A DNA stretch of 64,000 nucleotides from an uncultured Bacteroidales bacterium (lineage in GTDB: Bacteria > Bacteroidota > Bacteroidia > Bacteroidales > Paludibacteraceae). The stretch covers positions 11,032-75,031 of the forward strand of contig CACXPH010000009.1 in assembly GCA_902769535.1 (NCBI GenBank), read 5' to 3'. Of the stretch, positions 43,967 through 53,843 are shown piece after piece. Position 1 is the stretch's first letter. Each line of letters opens with the position of its first letter. The notes beneath the pieces were generated by a model. It had not been told where the DNA came from. It made no database searches and worked only from the letters and a program-made list of their open reading frames with translations. The position numbers and the translations under genes were made by a program.

Positions 43967-44332
43967 ATGAAAGAAGTAACGACAAAGAAATTGATGGAAA
44001 CCATTGTAGAGGGTATCCGAAATCGTAAGGGACAACGAATTGTGACGATTGATTTGAAGAAAATCAAAGAAGCACCGGTGGAGATGATGATTATCTGCGA
44101 GGGTCAGAGTAACACACAAGTGTCGGCTATAGCGGATGAGATAGATGACTTCGTACGCACGACGACGCACGTGCATCCGCTAAGTGTGTCGGGCCAGGAG
44201 AACGCCGAGTGGATCGCGATGGACTACGGTACGATTTTCGTGCACGTCATGCAGCGTGAGCCGCGTGCTTTCTATGATATAGAGCACCTCTGGGCAGATG
44301 GTAAAATCACAGAACTCGAGGATGTTCTGTGA
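43967..44332 (+). CDS. rsfS: ribosome silencing factor
   Basis: 121 aa; DYGTIFVHVMQREPRAFYDIEHLW block typical of RsfS/YbeB. Confidence 0.85.
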   Translation: MKEVTTKKLMETIVEGIRNRKGQRIVTIDLKKIKEAPVEMMIICEGQSNTQVSAIADEIDDFVRTTTHVHPLSVSGQENAEWIAMDYGTIFVHVMQREPRAFYDIEHLWADGKITELEDVL

Positions 44333-44371
44333 TATTTATGATTTATGATTTTAGATTTTTGATTTTCCATG
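44330..44371. repeat. heptamer tract (TATGATT-like x6, 42 nt) from rsfS stop to ftsH ATG
   Basis: TGATATT TATGATT TATGATT TTAGATT TTTGATT TTCCATG. Confidence 0.9.
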
Positions 44372-46426
44372 GCAGATAATAGACAGAAGCGCCGTGCGCC
44401 GCAGCGAAGCAATCAGCCGAGTGGCCCACGGAGATGGATAAGCATCCTTTTCTATACCTTCGCGTTCGCGCTGATAGGTTTTTATTTCTTTGGGGATAAG
44501 CAAGGACAGGGTGCCAGCAAGGAGTTGAGTTATACCAAGTTGACGGCTTATGTTGAGGCCGGCGCGATAGAGAAGATCGAAGTGACGGATGACCTGATGG
44601 CGAAAGCCACGGTCAAGCCGCAGAGTTATACATTAGTGTTCGGCTCTCAAGGTGACGGCGAGAAAGCACGCGGTGTGCTGAAGACGCAAGTACCTTCGAT
44701 AGAGGAGTTCTCCAAATATATCGATGGTGTGAACGCAAGTCGTAAGGCGGACGGCCAAGCGGCCATTGACGTGAAGTACGCTAAGTCGCATGACTACTGG
44801 TACCTGATCCTCGTCAATATCCTGCCTTTCGCGTTGCTGATCCTGTTCTTCGTCTATATGAGTCGCGGCGTAGGTAGCGGTGGCGGCATCGGAGGTATCT
44901 TCGGTGTTGGTAAGGCGCAAGCGCAGTTGTTCGACAAGGAGAAGAAAGACAAGGTGACGTTCGAAGACGTAGCCGGTCTGTACGGCGCCAAGCAGGAAGT
45001 GCAGGAGATAGTCGAGTTCCTCAAGAACCCCAAGAAATATACGGAGATTGGAGCTAAGATACCGAAGGGTGCGTTACTCGTAGGCCCTCCGGGAACAGGT
45101 AAGACATTGCTTGCAAAGGCGGTAGCCGGAGAAGCAGATGTGCCATTCTTCTCGATGTCAGGTAGTGACTTCGTAGAGATGTTCGTCGGTGTAGGTGCAA
45201 GCCGTGTGCGCGACCTGTTCCGCCAGGCGAAAGAGAAAGCACCGGCGATCATCTTCATTGATGAGATCGACGCAATCGGCCGTGCGCGTGGTAAGGGGGT
45301 GATGACCGGTGGTAACGACGAACGTGAGAGCACGCTCAACCAATTACTTACAGAGATGGATGGTTTCGGTACGAACTCAGGTGTGATCATCCTGGCAGCT
45401 ACGAACCGTGCTGACGTACTGGACGCAGCCCTGCTGCGTGCCGGACGTTTCGACCGACAGATTCATGTCGAGTTACCGGACTTACAAGAGCGCAAAGAGA
45501 TTTTCCAAGTGCATCTGCGTCCGATCAAGTTAGACGAAACGGTCGATGTTGATTTCTTAAGCAAACAAACCCCGGGCTTCTCGGGAGCAGATATTGCCAA
45601 CGTATGCAACGAGGCAGCGCTGATTGCTGCGCGCGGCGGACGTAAGAAAGTAGGCAAACAGGACTTCATGGACGCCGTCGATCGTATCGTAGGCGGTCTG
45701 GAGCGAAAGAACAAGATCATGACTGAAGACGAGAAGAGATCCATTGCTTTCCACGAAGCCGGTCATGCGACGATTAGTTGGATGCTGCGTTGGGCGAACC
45801 CGTTGGTCAAAGTAACGATCGTACCGCGCGGTATGGCCTTAGGCGCTGCCTGGTATTTGCCGGAAGAGCGCCAACTGACCAACGAGGAGCATATCAATGA
45901 TGAACTCTGTTCGCTCTTAGGCGGTCGTGCAGCCGAGCAACTCTTCCTGCAGCAGACCTCTACCGGCGCGCTCAATGACCTCGAGCGTGCTACCAAACAG
46001 GCCTATGCGATGGTGGCGTACTACGGTATGAGCGATAAGCTCAAAGATGTCAGCTTCTATGACTCCACAGGTCGGTATGAATACGGATTTACCAAACCTT
46101 ACTCGGACGAGACAGCTGCGCTCATAGACCAAGAGACACAGCGTATCATCGCCGATCAGATGGCACGAGCCAAACAGATACTGACCGAGCACGCGGAAGG
46201 TCATCATCAGATAGCCCAACTGCTCATCGACCGTGAGGTGATCACGAGCGAAGATGTGGAGCGTATCCTCGGTCCGCGTCCGTGGAAGAGTCGTGGTGAC
46301 GAACTGCTGGAAGTGAATGCTGCTATCGTTGAGGCTGAAGCGGCTAAACCTAAGAAACGTGCGCCTCGTAAGAAGAAAACAGAAGAAACTCAAATTACAG
46401 AGAATAATGAACAAAACCCTGCTTAG
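44369..46426 (+). CDS. ftsH: ATP-dependent zinc metalloprotease FtsH
   Basis: 685 aa; GPPGTGKT Walker [12 protein letters not shown] region, HEAGHA zinc site. Confidence 0.95.
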   Translation: MADNRQKRRAPQRSNQPSGPRRWISILFYTFAFALIGFYFFGDKQGQGASKELSYTKLTAYVEAGAIEKIEVTDDLMAKATVKPQSYTLVFGSQGDGEKARGVLKTQVPSIEEFSKYIDGVNASRKADGQAAIDVKYAKSHDYWYLILVNILPFALLILFFVYMSRGVGSGGGIGGIFGVGKAQAQLFDKEKKDKVTFEDVAGLYGAKQEVQEIVEFLKNPKKYTEIGAKIPKGALLVGPPGTGKTLLAKAVAGEADVPFFSMSGSDFVEMFVGVGASRVRDLFRQAKEKAPAIIFIDEIDAIGRARGKGVMTGGNDERESTLNQLLTEMDGFGTNSGVIILAATNRADVLDAALLRAGRFDRQIHVELPDLQERKEIFQVHLRPIKLDETVDVDFLSKQTPGFSGADIANVCNEAALIAARGGRKKVGKQDFMDAVDRIVGGLERKNKIMTEDEKRSIAFHEAGHATISWMLRWANPLVKVTIVPRGMALGAAWYLPEERQLTNEEHINDELCSLLGGRAAEQLFLQQTSTGALNDLERATKQAYAMVAYYGMSDKLKDVSFYDSTGRYEYGFTKPYSDETAALIDQETQRIIADQMARAKQILTEHAEGHHQIAQLLIDREVITSEDVERILGPRPWKSRGDELLEVNAAIVEAEAAKPKKRAPRKKKTEETQITENNEQNPA

Positions 46427-49214
46427 CATCGCGCTGCTGTGTGCAGCGATGATGGTCTCGGCGCAAGAGGCGCCGGAGAAACTGCCGATCGATCCCGAAG
46501 TACGGTACGGCCAGTTAGATAACGGATTGACGTATTACATCCGTCACAACGAACAACCCAAACAACGTTGTGAGTTCCATATCGCGCAATCGGTTGGTGC
46601 TATCCTCGAGGAGGATCATCAAAACGGTCTGGCGCACTTCCTGGAGCATATGGCCTTCAACGGTACCGAGCATTTCCCGGGTAAGGGCATCATCAACTAT
46701 TTTGAATCGGTAGGTGTCAATTTCGGAGGTAATATCAATGCCTATACTTCTATCGATGAGACCGTTTACCGTCTGTCGGATGTGCCGACGTACCGTGAAG
46801 GAATTATCGACAGTGCGTTGCTTGTGATGCACGACTGGAGCTGCGGTCTGTTGTTGTTGCCCGAAGAGATCGATGCTGAGCGTGGAGTCATCCGAGAGGA
46901 GTGGCGTACGCGTCGTACAGCTTCACGCCGTATATGGTCGCGTATGCAGGAAGCGATGTATCCGGGTACTCAGTATGCCAAGCGTGACGTGATTGGCGAC
47001 ACGGCTGTCATCAATAACTTCGAATACCAGGCGCTACGTGACTATTACAAAAAATGGTACGGTCCGGACAACCAGGCTATCATCGTCGTCGGTGATATCA
47101 ATGTCGATACCATCGAGGCGAAGATCAAAGCACTGTGGGCAAACGTACCGCGTCGTGTCAATTATGGTGAGCGTCCTATCTACACGGTGAACCATAACGA
47201 CAAGCCGTTGATCGCCATCGTGACTGATCCGGAGGCAGAAGGAAGCCGCATCACGTTGCAGTATAAGTTCGACCCCCTGCCGGAAGCGTTCCAAAGCACT
47301 GCGCAGGAATACATGATTGAGATGGTGCGTGACCTGGTGTGTACAATGCTGGATAATCGTTTCACTGAGTTGTCTCTTGATCCGAAGGCCTCCTTCACCG
47401 GCGCCGGTTGTTACTACGGCGAGATAGCCAAGAAGATGGATGCTTTTATCGCCGTGTCTATCCCGAAAGAAGGTCGCGAGACGGAGGCATATAATGACCT
47501 CTTGTTCCAACTGGAGAAAATGCATCGTTACGGCTTCACCAACGCCGAGTTAGAGCGCGTGAAGAGCGAGAAGATGAACGATATGAACACAGCCTTCAAC
47601 GAGCGAAATACCCGCAAGAACATCGCGCTTGCACGTGAGTGTATCCGCCATTTCGAGGACGGAGAAGCAATGCCGGGTATGCAATGGGAGTATGATTTTG
47701 TGCAGGCTGTACTGCCGATGGTTAGTCTGGAGACAGTAAATAAAGTAGCGAAAGCGCTCATTCATCCGAACCCGACTGTTGCTATCTCCGGTCCCGAGAA
47801 AGAAGGCGTGAACATCCCGTCGGAGGAGACCATCTTGGCATCGCTGGCCGGACAGAGTGAGTTGGCTATCGATGCACCGGTGGAAGAGGCTTTTGACTCG
47901 GAGTTAGTGAAGAAAGCACCGCATAAGGGGAAGATCAAATCTGTGAACCGCAATGAAGAGTTAGGCATCACCGAGTGGATGTTGAGTAACGGTATCAAAG
48001 TGGTGTTCAAACCAACGGAGTTCAAGGCAGACGAGATCTTGATGCGTGCCTTCTCGAAAGGTGGTATGAGCCAAGTGAAGACCGAAGACCTGCCGTCCGC
48101 ACAAGCAGCTACCGCGATTGTTAGCCTCTCCGGTATCGGTCGTTTCAATTATACCCAGTTAGAGAAAGCGCTGACGGGCAAGACCGTTTCTGTAAGTCCG
48201 GAGATCTCTGAAAGTATCGAGCAGATGAGAGGATCCTCCTCCGTCAAAGATTTCGAGTCGATGCTCCAACTCACCTACCTCTATTTCACCGCGCCGCGTC
48301 GTGACGAGAAAGCCTACGAGACCTTTGTGTCCCTGATGAAGAACCAATTGGCAAACCGCGATAAGAACCCGAAGAATATCTTCTCTGACTCTATCCAGAT
48401 GATGAGCACCAACCATTCGGAGCGTACCATACTGGTTACGAACGAAATGTTGGAGAAAGTGAGTCTGGATAAGGCTTTAGAGGTATATAAGGCACGTTTC
48501 GCCAACCCGGCTGATTTCACGTTCGTCTTCGTGGGAAACATCAACCCGAACGATCCGAAAGTGCAGGAGATGGTATGCCAGTGGCTCGGTGGTATGAAGA
48601 CCAAGAAATGCGCTCATGAGGAGGTAATTGACCATCATGTGACCGTAGCGCTGGGTAAGCAGAAGAACTATTTCAGCCGTCAGATGGAGACCACTACTGC
48701 CTCGAACCGTATCCAGTATACCTCGTATGATATTCCGTATACTCTTGCGAATGACCTGAATATGGAGATCATCGGTCGTATTCTCAGCACGCGTTACCTG
48801 GAGTCTATCCGTGAGCGCGAAGGTGGTTCGTACGGTGTGGGTACGCATGGTTACGTTGTGGCGCTGCCTAAACCGCGTGCCGGCTTGATCATGCAGTTTG
48901 ACACCGATCCGCAGAAACAGGAACGCTTGATGCAGATCATCCACGAAGAGGTTCAGACCATCATTGCGAACGGACCGTTGGCTTCCGACCTGCAGAAAGA
49001 GAAAGAGTCGATGCTCAAGGATTTCCAGGAAGACTTGGAAAAGAATACCTTCTGGCGCTCGACGCTTTACATGTACTACATGTACGGTACGAACGAAGTG
49101 CGCGATTACAAAGCGGCTGTCGAGGCTATCACTGCACAGACGGTACAAGCTACGCTCAAGAAACTGGTGGATGCCGGAAATATGTACGAAGTGGTAATGT
49201 TCCCTGAAAACTGA
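46407..49214 (+). CDS. M16 (insulinase) family zinc peptidase, two-module
   Basis: Start moved to the [20 protein letters not shown] signal peptide; HFLEHMAFNGT (HxxEH) site; about 935 aa. Confidence 0.8.
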   Translation: MNKTLLSIALLCAAMMVSAQEAPEKLPIDPEVRYGQLDNGLTYYIRHNEQPKQRCEFHIAQSVGAILEEDHQNGLAHFLEHMAFNGTEHFPGKGIINYFESVGVNFGGNINAYTSIDETVYRLSDVPTYREGIIDSALLVMHDWSCGLLLLPEEIDAERGVIREEWRTRRTASRRIWSRMQEAMYPGTQYAKRDVIGDTAVINNFEYQALRDYYKKWYGPDNQAIIVVGDINVDTIEAKIKALWANVPRRVNYGERPIYTVNHNDKPLIAIVTDPEAEGSRITLQYKFDPLPEAFQSTAQEYMIEMVRDLVCTMLDNRFTELSLDPKASFTGAGCYYGEIAKKMDAFIAVSIPKEGRETEAYNDLLFQLEKMHRYGFTNAELERVKSEKMNDMNTAFNERNTRKNIALARECIRHFEDGEAMPGMQWEYDFVQAVLPMVSLETVNKVAKALIHPNPTVAISGPEKEGVNIPSEETILASLAGQSELAIDAPVEEAFDSELVKKAPHKGKIKSVNRNEELGITEWMLSNGIKVVFKPTEFKADEILMRAFSKGGMSQVKTEDLPSAQAATAIVSLSGIGRFNYTQLEKALTGKTVSVSPEISESIEQMRGSSSVKDFESMLQLTYLYFTAPRRDEKAYETFVSLMKNQLANRDKNPKNIFSDSIQMMSTNHSERTILVTNEMLEKVSLDKALEVYKARFANPADFTFVFVGNINPNDPKVQEMVCQWLGGMKTKKCAHEEVIDHHVTVALGKQKNYFSRQMETTTASNRIQYTSYDIPYTLANDLNMEIIGRILSTRYLESIREREGGSYGVGTHGYVVALPKPRAGLIMQFDTDPQKQERLMQIIHEEVQTIIANGPLASDLQKEKESMLKDFQEDLEKNTFWRSTLYMYYMYGTNEVRDYKAAVEAITAQTVQATLKKLVDAGNMYEVVMFPEN

Positions 49215-49233
49215 ATACTGAACAAGGAATGCT

Positions 49234-49977
49234 ATGAATATCGTAGTTGTCAACGATGACGGATGGGGCACAGCGGGTATTCGCCTGTTAGCCAAAGAGA
49301 TGACCAAGTTAGGTCATGTGACTGTCATTGCGCCGGATGGTCCGCGCAGCGGCAGAGCGTCTGCTATCAGTGTGGAAACACCGATGTACTTACGTCCGAT
49401 TGACGACCATGACCTGAACGGCGCCGAGGTGTTTGTGACCAACGGCACACCGGCTGACTGCATCAAGATTGCCCGTGAGCACCTGTTCGCAGGTAAGCAG
49501 ATAGACCTGGTCGTTTCCGGAATCAACCACGGTTCGAACGCCGCTATTAACGCCATGTATTCGGGAACGATAGGCGCTTGTCTGGTGGCGGCAGAGAAAG
49601 GTATTCCCGCCATCGGATGGTCCATCGACAGTCATGCGCCTGACGTAGATCTGCATTGGTTACAACCCTTCCTCGTGGAAGTGACGCAACATCTGTACGA
49701 AGAAGGTATTGCACCGCGCACGTGCTTTAATATCAATGCGCCGGTGGGAGAGATAGAAGGTATGCGCTGGACACGGCAGTGCCGTGCACACTGGACGAAT
49801 GAACTGACGCCATTAGAAAGCGAACTGCCCGAAGGCATCACGCATGGATGGAAACTCGGCGGGGAGTTTGTGAATGAAGAACCGTCTGCCACCGATACGG
49901 ATATCTGGGCTATGGATCATCAGTTGTTGTCTATCACGCCGTTAACGATTGATTGGACGGAGTATGGATCGCTTTGA
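49234..49977 (+). CDS. surE: 5'/3'-nucleotidase SurE
   Basis: 247 aa; VVVNDDGWG, SGINHGSN, YSGTIGA motifs. Confidence 0.9.
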   Translation: MNIVVVNDDGWGTAGIRLLAKEMTKLGHVTVIAPDGPRSGRASAISVETPMYLRPIDDHDLNGAEVFVTNGTPADCIKIAREHLFAGKQIDLVVSGINHGSNAAINAMYSGTIGACLVAAEKGIPAIGWSIDSHAPDVDLHWLQPFLVEVTQHLYEEGIAPRTCFNINAPVGEIEGMRWTRQCRAHWTNELTPLESELPEGITHGWKLGGEFVNEEPSATDTDIWAMDHQLLSITPLTIDWTEYGSL

Positions 49978-50242
49978 TCGCTATTGGATTGGCATCCTTG
50001 TCGGACTTATTCTGCCCGCTGCTTTCGGGTTGACGTATATCGACGTGATGAACTTATGGTATCCGCTGCAGACCCTGCAGTTCCAAGCCGGAGGTGTGCT
50101 GAGCAAATTGCTCTTGGTATGCGTCTTTCCGGATTTGGCACTCATCTTCGTCTTCTATACGACCGACACGTGGCGCCTGGCTAAGGGTGTCTTAGCCGGA
50201 GCAATGCCGTATATCTTAGCAGCGCTTATGGTCTCGATGTGA
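49964..50242 (+). CDS. small hypothetical membrane protein
   Basis: About 92 aa with three hydrophobic segments; overlaps the surE end and the lpxB end; weak call. Confidence 0.35.
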   Translation: MDRFDRYWIGILVGLILPAAFGLTYIDVMNLWYPLQTLQFQAGGVLSKLLLVCVFPDLALIFVFYTTDTWRLAKGVLAGAMPYILAALMVSM

Positions 50243-51332
50243 TGATTTCTGCCGCTCTGACGGAAGCGGGCTGAGTTCCTAAGAGAGAAATGAGGTGTTC
50301 GTATGCAGCGAGCATCTCTTTTTTATAGGTTTCGTCGTGTAGCAGGCGCTCCAGTTCAGCCGCTACCTTGTCCACCGTGAAGTCATTGGCTATGCACTCT
50401 TTGATCACCTCTTTGTTCTCGATGATATTGACTAATGTGAAGTGCTTGATGCGGAACATGAGCGGTTGAGCAGCCCATCGAATGAGTCCCACGAACGTAG
50501 GGCACGCCAGATGATACACCGCTACCTGTGGACAACCTAACAATGCCGTCTCTAAGGTTGCCGTTCCGGAATTGACAACAGCCACTGAGGCGTGCAGTAA
50601 GGTCGCATAGGTATCACGTGTTAGTTTTTCGTTATTGCGAAGATAGGGTGCGTAAAACTCGTCTCCTATATTCGGCGCAGCGCATACCGTCACTTGATAC
50701 TCCTCAAAACGCTGTGCAGCCTCTAACATCGTCGGTAAGCAGTTGCTTATCTCGGAAGGACGGCTGCCGGGCAGGATAGCGATACTCTTTCCTCTCACCT
50801 CTAACCGCTCACCTTGCACTTTTACCATCTGCTCTGCCGTCGGGTTACCTACGTACTCGCAAGAGTAGCCGTATTGGGCATAAAAAGCCGGTTCAAAGGG
50901 GAAGATACCCAGCACACGGTCGCACAGACGAGCAATCTTGTGGATGCGTCTGCGCTTCCAAGCCCACACTTTCGGTGGGATATAATAGTAGATCTTAGTG
51001 TGGGGTAGGTGACGTTTGCAGAACGAAGCCATACGTAGGTTAAACGACGGATAATCGATGAGAACAAGTACGTCCGGTTGCTCTTTGAGCATGGCTTCGC
51101 GGGCAATACGGAAATTATCGCGTATGTCGCGCCGGTGGCTGATGACGGCAGCAAAACCCATGAAGGCCATATGGCGTATATGCCGATAGATACGACATCC
51201 CTCGGAAGCCATCTTGTCTCCTCCGAGTCCGCTTATCTGCGCTTTGGGATCGCTTTGACGAATCTGCGCTATCAGCGCAGCTGCATGCATGTCCCCGGAC
51301 GCTTCGCCTGCTATGAAGAAGTAATTAGCCAC
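50226..51332 (-). CDS. lpxB: lipid-A-disaccharide synthase
   Basis: 368 aa; FFIAGEASGD N-terminus, DYPSFNL, SGTATLE blocks; GTG start. Confidence 0.9.
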   Translation of the reverse strand: MANYFFIAGEASGDMHAAALIAQIRQSDPKAQISGLGGDKMASEGCRIYRHIRHMAFMGFAAVISHRRDIRDNFRIAREAMLKEQPDVLVLIDYPSFNLRMASFCKRHLPHTKIYYYIPPKVWAWKRRRIHKIARLCDRVLGIFPFEPAFYAQYGYSCEYVGNPTAEQMVKVQGERLEVRGKSIAILPGSRPSEISNCLPTMLEAAQRFEEYQVTVCAAPNIGDEFYAPYLRNNEKLTRDTYATLLHASVAVVNSGTATLETALLGCPQVAVYHLACPTFVGLIRWAAQPLMFRIKHFTLVNIIENKEVIKECIANDFTVDKVAAELERLLHDETYKKEMLAAYEHLISLLGTQPASVRAAEIITSRP

Positions 51333-51348
51333 CTCTGACTTCTAACTT

Positions 51349-52722
51349 CTAACCTCTAATAACGTCCATTACTTTCTGCGCCAACTCATTGGCCTCATCC
51401 ATGGTCGCAGCCTCGGAATAGACGCGGATAATCGGTTCGGTATTGGACTTGCGAAGATGTACCCAACCTTGTGCGAAATCTATCTTCACACCATCGCGGT
51501 CGTTCACTTTTTCGTTCGTGTAGAGTTCCTTGACACGCGCTAAGATGGCATCTACATCGGTATCCGGTGTGAGATCGATACGGTTCTTGCTGATACAGTA
51601 ATCAGGTAATGTACGACGCAGTTCACTCACTTTCATATCCAGGTGCGCCAGATGACTCAAGAAAAGGGCAATTCCTACCAGTGCATCACGTCCATAGTGA
51701 CAAGCCGGATAGATCACACCACCGTTACCTTCACCGCCGATAACTGCGTTCATACGTTTCATCTCCGCCACTACATTCACTTCGCCTACAGCGCTCGCGC
51801 TGTACTGACCGCCGTGTGCCTTGGTTACATCGCTCAACGCACGAGTTGACGACATATTACTTACCGTATTACCCGGTGTGTGGCGCAATATATAATCGGC
51901 CACGCTGACCAGCGTATATTCCTCGCCGAACATATCTCCGTTCTCGCAGATAATAGCCAAGCGGTCCACATCCGGATCAACAACAAAGCCTACATCCGCC
52001 TTACCGCTCTTCAGCAGGTCGCTGATCTGAGTCAAGTGTTGCGGCAGCGGTTCGGGATTATGCGGGAAATGACCGTTCGGTGTGCAGTTCAGTTCGATGA
52101 TATTCTCTACGCCTAGAGCCTTTAGAATAGCCGGAATAGCCAGTCCGCCTACGGAGTTGACACAATCAATAGCGACGGTGAAATGCTTTTTCTTAATCGC
52201 TTCGGTATCCACCAAGGGCAGTTTCAGCACCTGCTCTACGTGGTACGGCAGATAATCCTTGGTTGCCATATGACCCAACTGATCTACTTCGGCAAAAACA
52301 AAATCCTCTGCCCCTGCAATCTCCAATACACCCTTGCCTTCGGCATCATTGAGGAACTCGCCGTGCTCATTGAGCAGTTTGAGTGCGTTCCATTGTTTGG
52401 GATTATGGCTGGCGGTAAGGATGATACCTCCTGCGGCTTTCTCGCCGGTCACAGCCAGCTCGGTGGTCGGAGTTGTGGCCAAGCCGATATTCACGACGTC
52501 ATACCCCATCCCCATGAGTGTACCGCACACGATCTGTTCCACCATAGGTCCGCTCAGACGGGCATCACGCCCCACTACAATCACGTTGTTATCCGGCATA
52601 GCAGCCCTACGTTGGGTGGCATAAGCTGCCGTGAAACGAACGATATCTACAGGATTCAGACCGTCACCTACACGACCGCCAATCGTGCCACGGATACCCG
52701 AAATACTCTTAACAAGACTCAT
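51349..52722 (-). CDS. glmM: phosphoglucosamine mutase
   Basis: 457 aa; SISGIRGT, TASHNP phosphoserine loop, DPDVDR metal loop, GGEGNGG. Confidence 0.9.
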   Translation of the reverse strand: MSLVKSISGIRGTIGGRVGDGLNPVDIVRFTAAYATQRRAAMPDNNVIVVGRDARLSGPMVEQIVCGTLMGMGYDVVNIGLATTPTTELAVTGEKAAGGIILTASHNPKQWNALKLLNEHGEFLNDAEGKGVLEIAGAEDFVFAEVDQLGHMATKDYLPYHVEQVLKLPLVDTEAIKKKHFTVAIDCVNSVGGLAIPAILKALGVENIIELNCTPNGHFPHNPEPLPQHLTQISDLLKSGKADVGFVVDPDVDRLAIICENGDMFGEEYTLVSVADYILRHTPGNTVSNMSSTRALSDVTKAHGGQYSASAVGEVNVVAEMKRMNAVIGGEGNGGVIYPACHYGRDALVGIALFLSHLAHLDMKVSELRRTLPDYCISKNRIDLTPDTDVDAILARVKELYTNEKVNDRDGVKIDFAQGWVHLRKSNTEPIIRVYSEAATMDEANELAQKVMDVIRG

Positions 52723-52723
52723 A

Positions 52724-53302
52724 TCAACGTTTGATTTTCATTTTCATTATATAGCAATACGGCGTCACGGAATTGGCGTCTGTAGAGAAACCGCACTTAC
52801 TCGGACAGATGATCTGGCACTCCGCATTCGTGTACTTCATGTACTTGACAGCCATATGCCATCCTACTGCTTCGCATTGCGTCGTGTTGCCGTATTGGAA
52901 CTCATTCGGATAAGCCTGATCGAGCGTTGACCAATAACTGAGCGTATCCGCGTTCTCCGTGAGTGCGAATTTCTTATAGCGCATTACGACGGTCTCTAAG
53001 GGTTCTATTGCATCGATCTTTGTCGTATCCCCGTCCTCATCAATAAACAGCGAGTCACCGCGGTTACGCAAATGGAAATAGAGATCATCGTACCCCGGTA
53101 CAAGCAGGTAGTCATTCTCTGCCCACTCATAATCATCTGCCGGCTCATCCATCAGCACGTTGATATGATTACGCGAGAGATAGTTCTCTATCAATTTATC
53201 TTCTGCATTACGCTGCGAAGAGTAGGTGTTTCCGCTACAACTCGTGAGGGCGATACCCAACACGATTGTCAAACCCAAAACGATCTTTTTCATTGGTCTC
53301 AA
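52724..53302 (-). CDS. DUF4827-like lipoprotein
   Basis: 192 aa; lipobox LTSCSG. I recall this family as the usual neighbour of glmM in Bacteroidales, from memory only. Confidence 0.45.
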   Translation of the reverse strand: MRPMKKIVLGLTIVLGIALTSCSGNTYSSQRNAEDKLIENYLSRNHINVLMDEPADDYEWAENDYLLVPGYDDLYFHLRNRGDSLFIDEDGDTTKIDAIEPLETVVMRYKKFALTENADTLSYWSTLDQAYPNEFQYGNTTQCEAVGWHMAVKYMKYTNAECQIICPSKCGFSTDANSVTPYCYIMKMKIKR

Positions 53303-53303
53303 T

Positions 53304-53843
53304 TTATCGTATTTCTATATCAATTATTACATTCTCATAGGGTGGAACGAACGCCGTTCCTTGTTGTCCGAACGCCGTGTACCAAGGTACATACATACGC
53401 GCTTTGGCACCGTGGTTCAGTTCGCATGCGTTCCGTTCTACGGCCGAAGGCAGTTCGCTCTTACCGAGGATATAATTCCCTTCGGTATCCAGCAACAGCT
53501 GCTCATCGAACGTATAGACGCGCATATGCAGGTCGCACGCTTGTCCTAACTGCGGTTTGTCGCGTTGGTCATCGCCGTTGTCGTAAATATGTATCCACGC
53601 CTTGCTCTCGTATAACGCATAGGACTCTTCTTGTGCCTGAACGGCTTCCATCACCGCCTTGTCCGCTGCTTTAGCCAGTTGCATGTTGAGTTCCATCGCG
53701 GCTAACTGCGTGCTATCCGCTTCCGGAGCCTGTCCTTTGCGTTGACTCGGACGCTGAGGCGCCGTGCTGTTACATCCGATAAGCAGCAATGCCACCATAC
53801 TGCCAATCAACCACTTAATCTTTGTTCCCTTTCTTCTTTCCAT
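53304..53843 (-). CDS. lipoprotein with FKBP-like C-terminal region
   Basis: Start moved to MERRKG...LLIGCNS; C-terminus GAKARMYVPWYTAFGQQG...VPPYENVIIDIEI resembles an FKBP fold. Confidence 0.4.
   Translation of the reverse strand: MERRKGTKIKWLIGSMVALLLIGCNSTAPQRPSQRKGQAPEADSTQLAAMELNMQLAKAADKAVMEAVQAQEESYALYESKAWIHIYDNGDDQRDKPQLGQACDLHMRVYTFDEQLLLDTEGNYILGKSELPSAVERNACELNHGAKARMYVPWYTAFGQQGTAFVPPYENVIIDIEIR

Noticed and set aside
46317-46406. Long N-terminal extensions given by the ORF track, here and at 7780-7893, 7845-7898, 19304-19363, 26612-26671, 34108-34182, 43069-43119 and 58289-58333
   Set aside because: The extensions run through promoters or the preceding gene. An internal Met gives a canonical signal peptide or conserved N-terminus, so starts were moved inward.
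10902-49977. Apparent excess of nucleotide-metabolism genes (PfkB kinase, HIT, tdk, Udk-like kinase, SurE) as one pathway with the alarmone operon
   Set aside because: They lie in separate transcription units among housekeeping genes and are individually common core genes. There is no sequence evidence of linkage.
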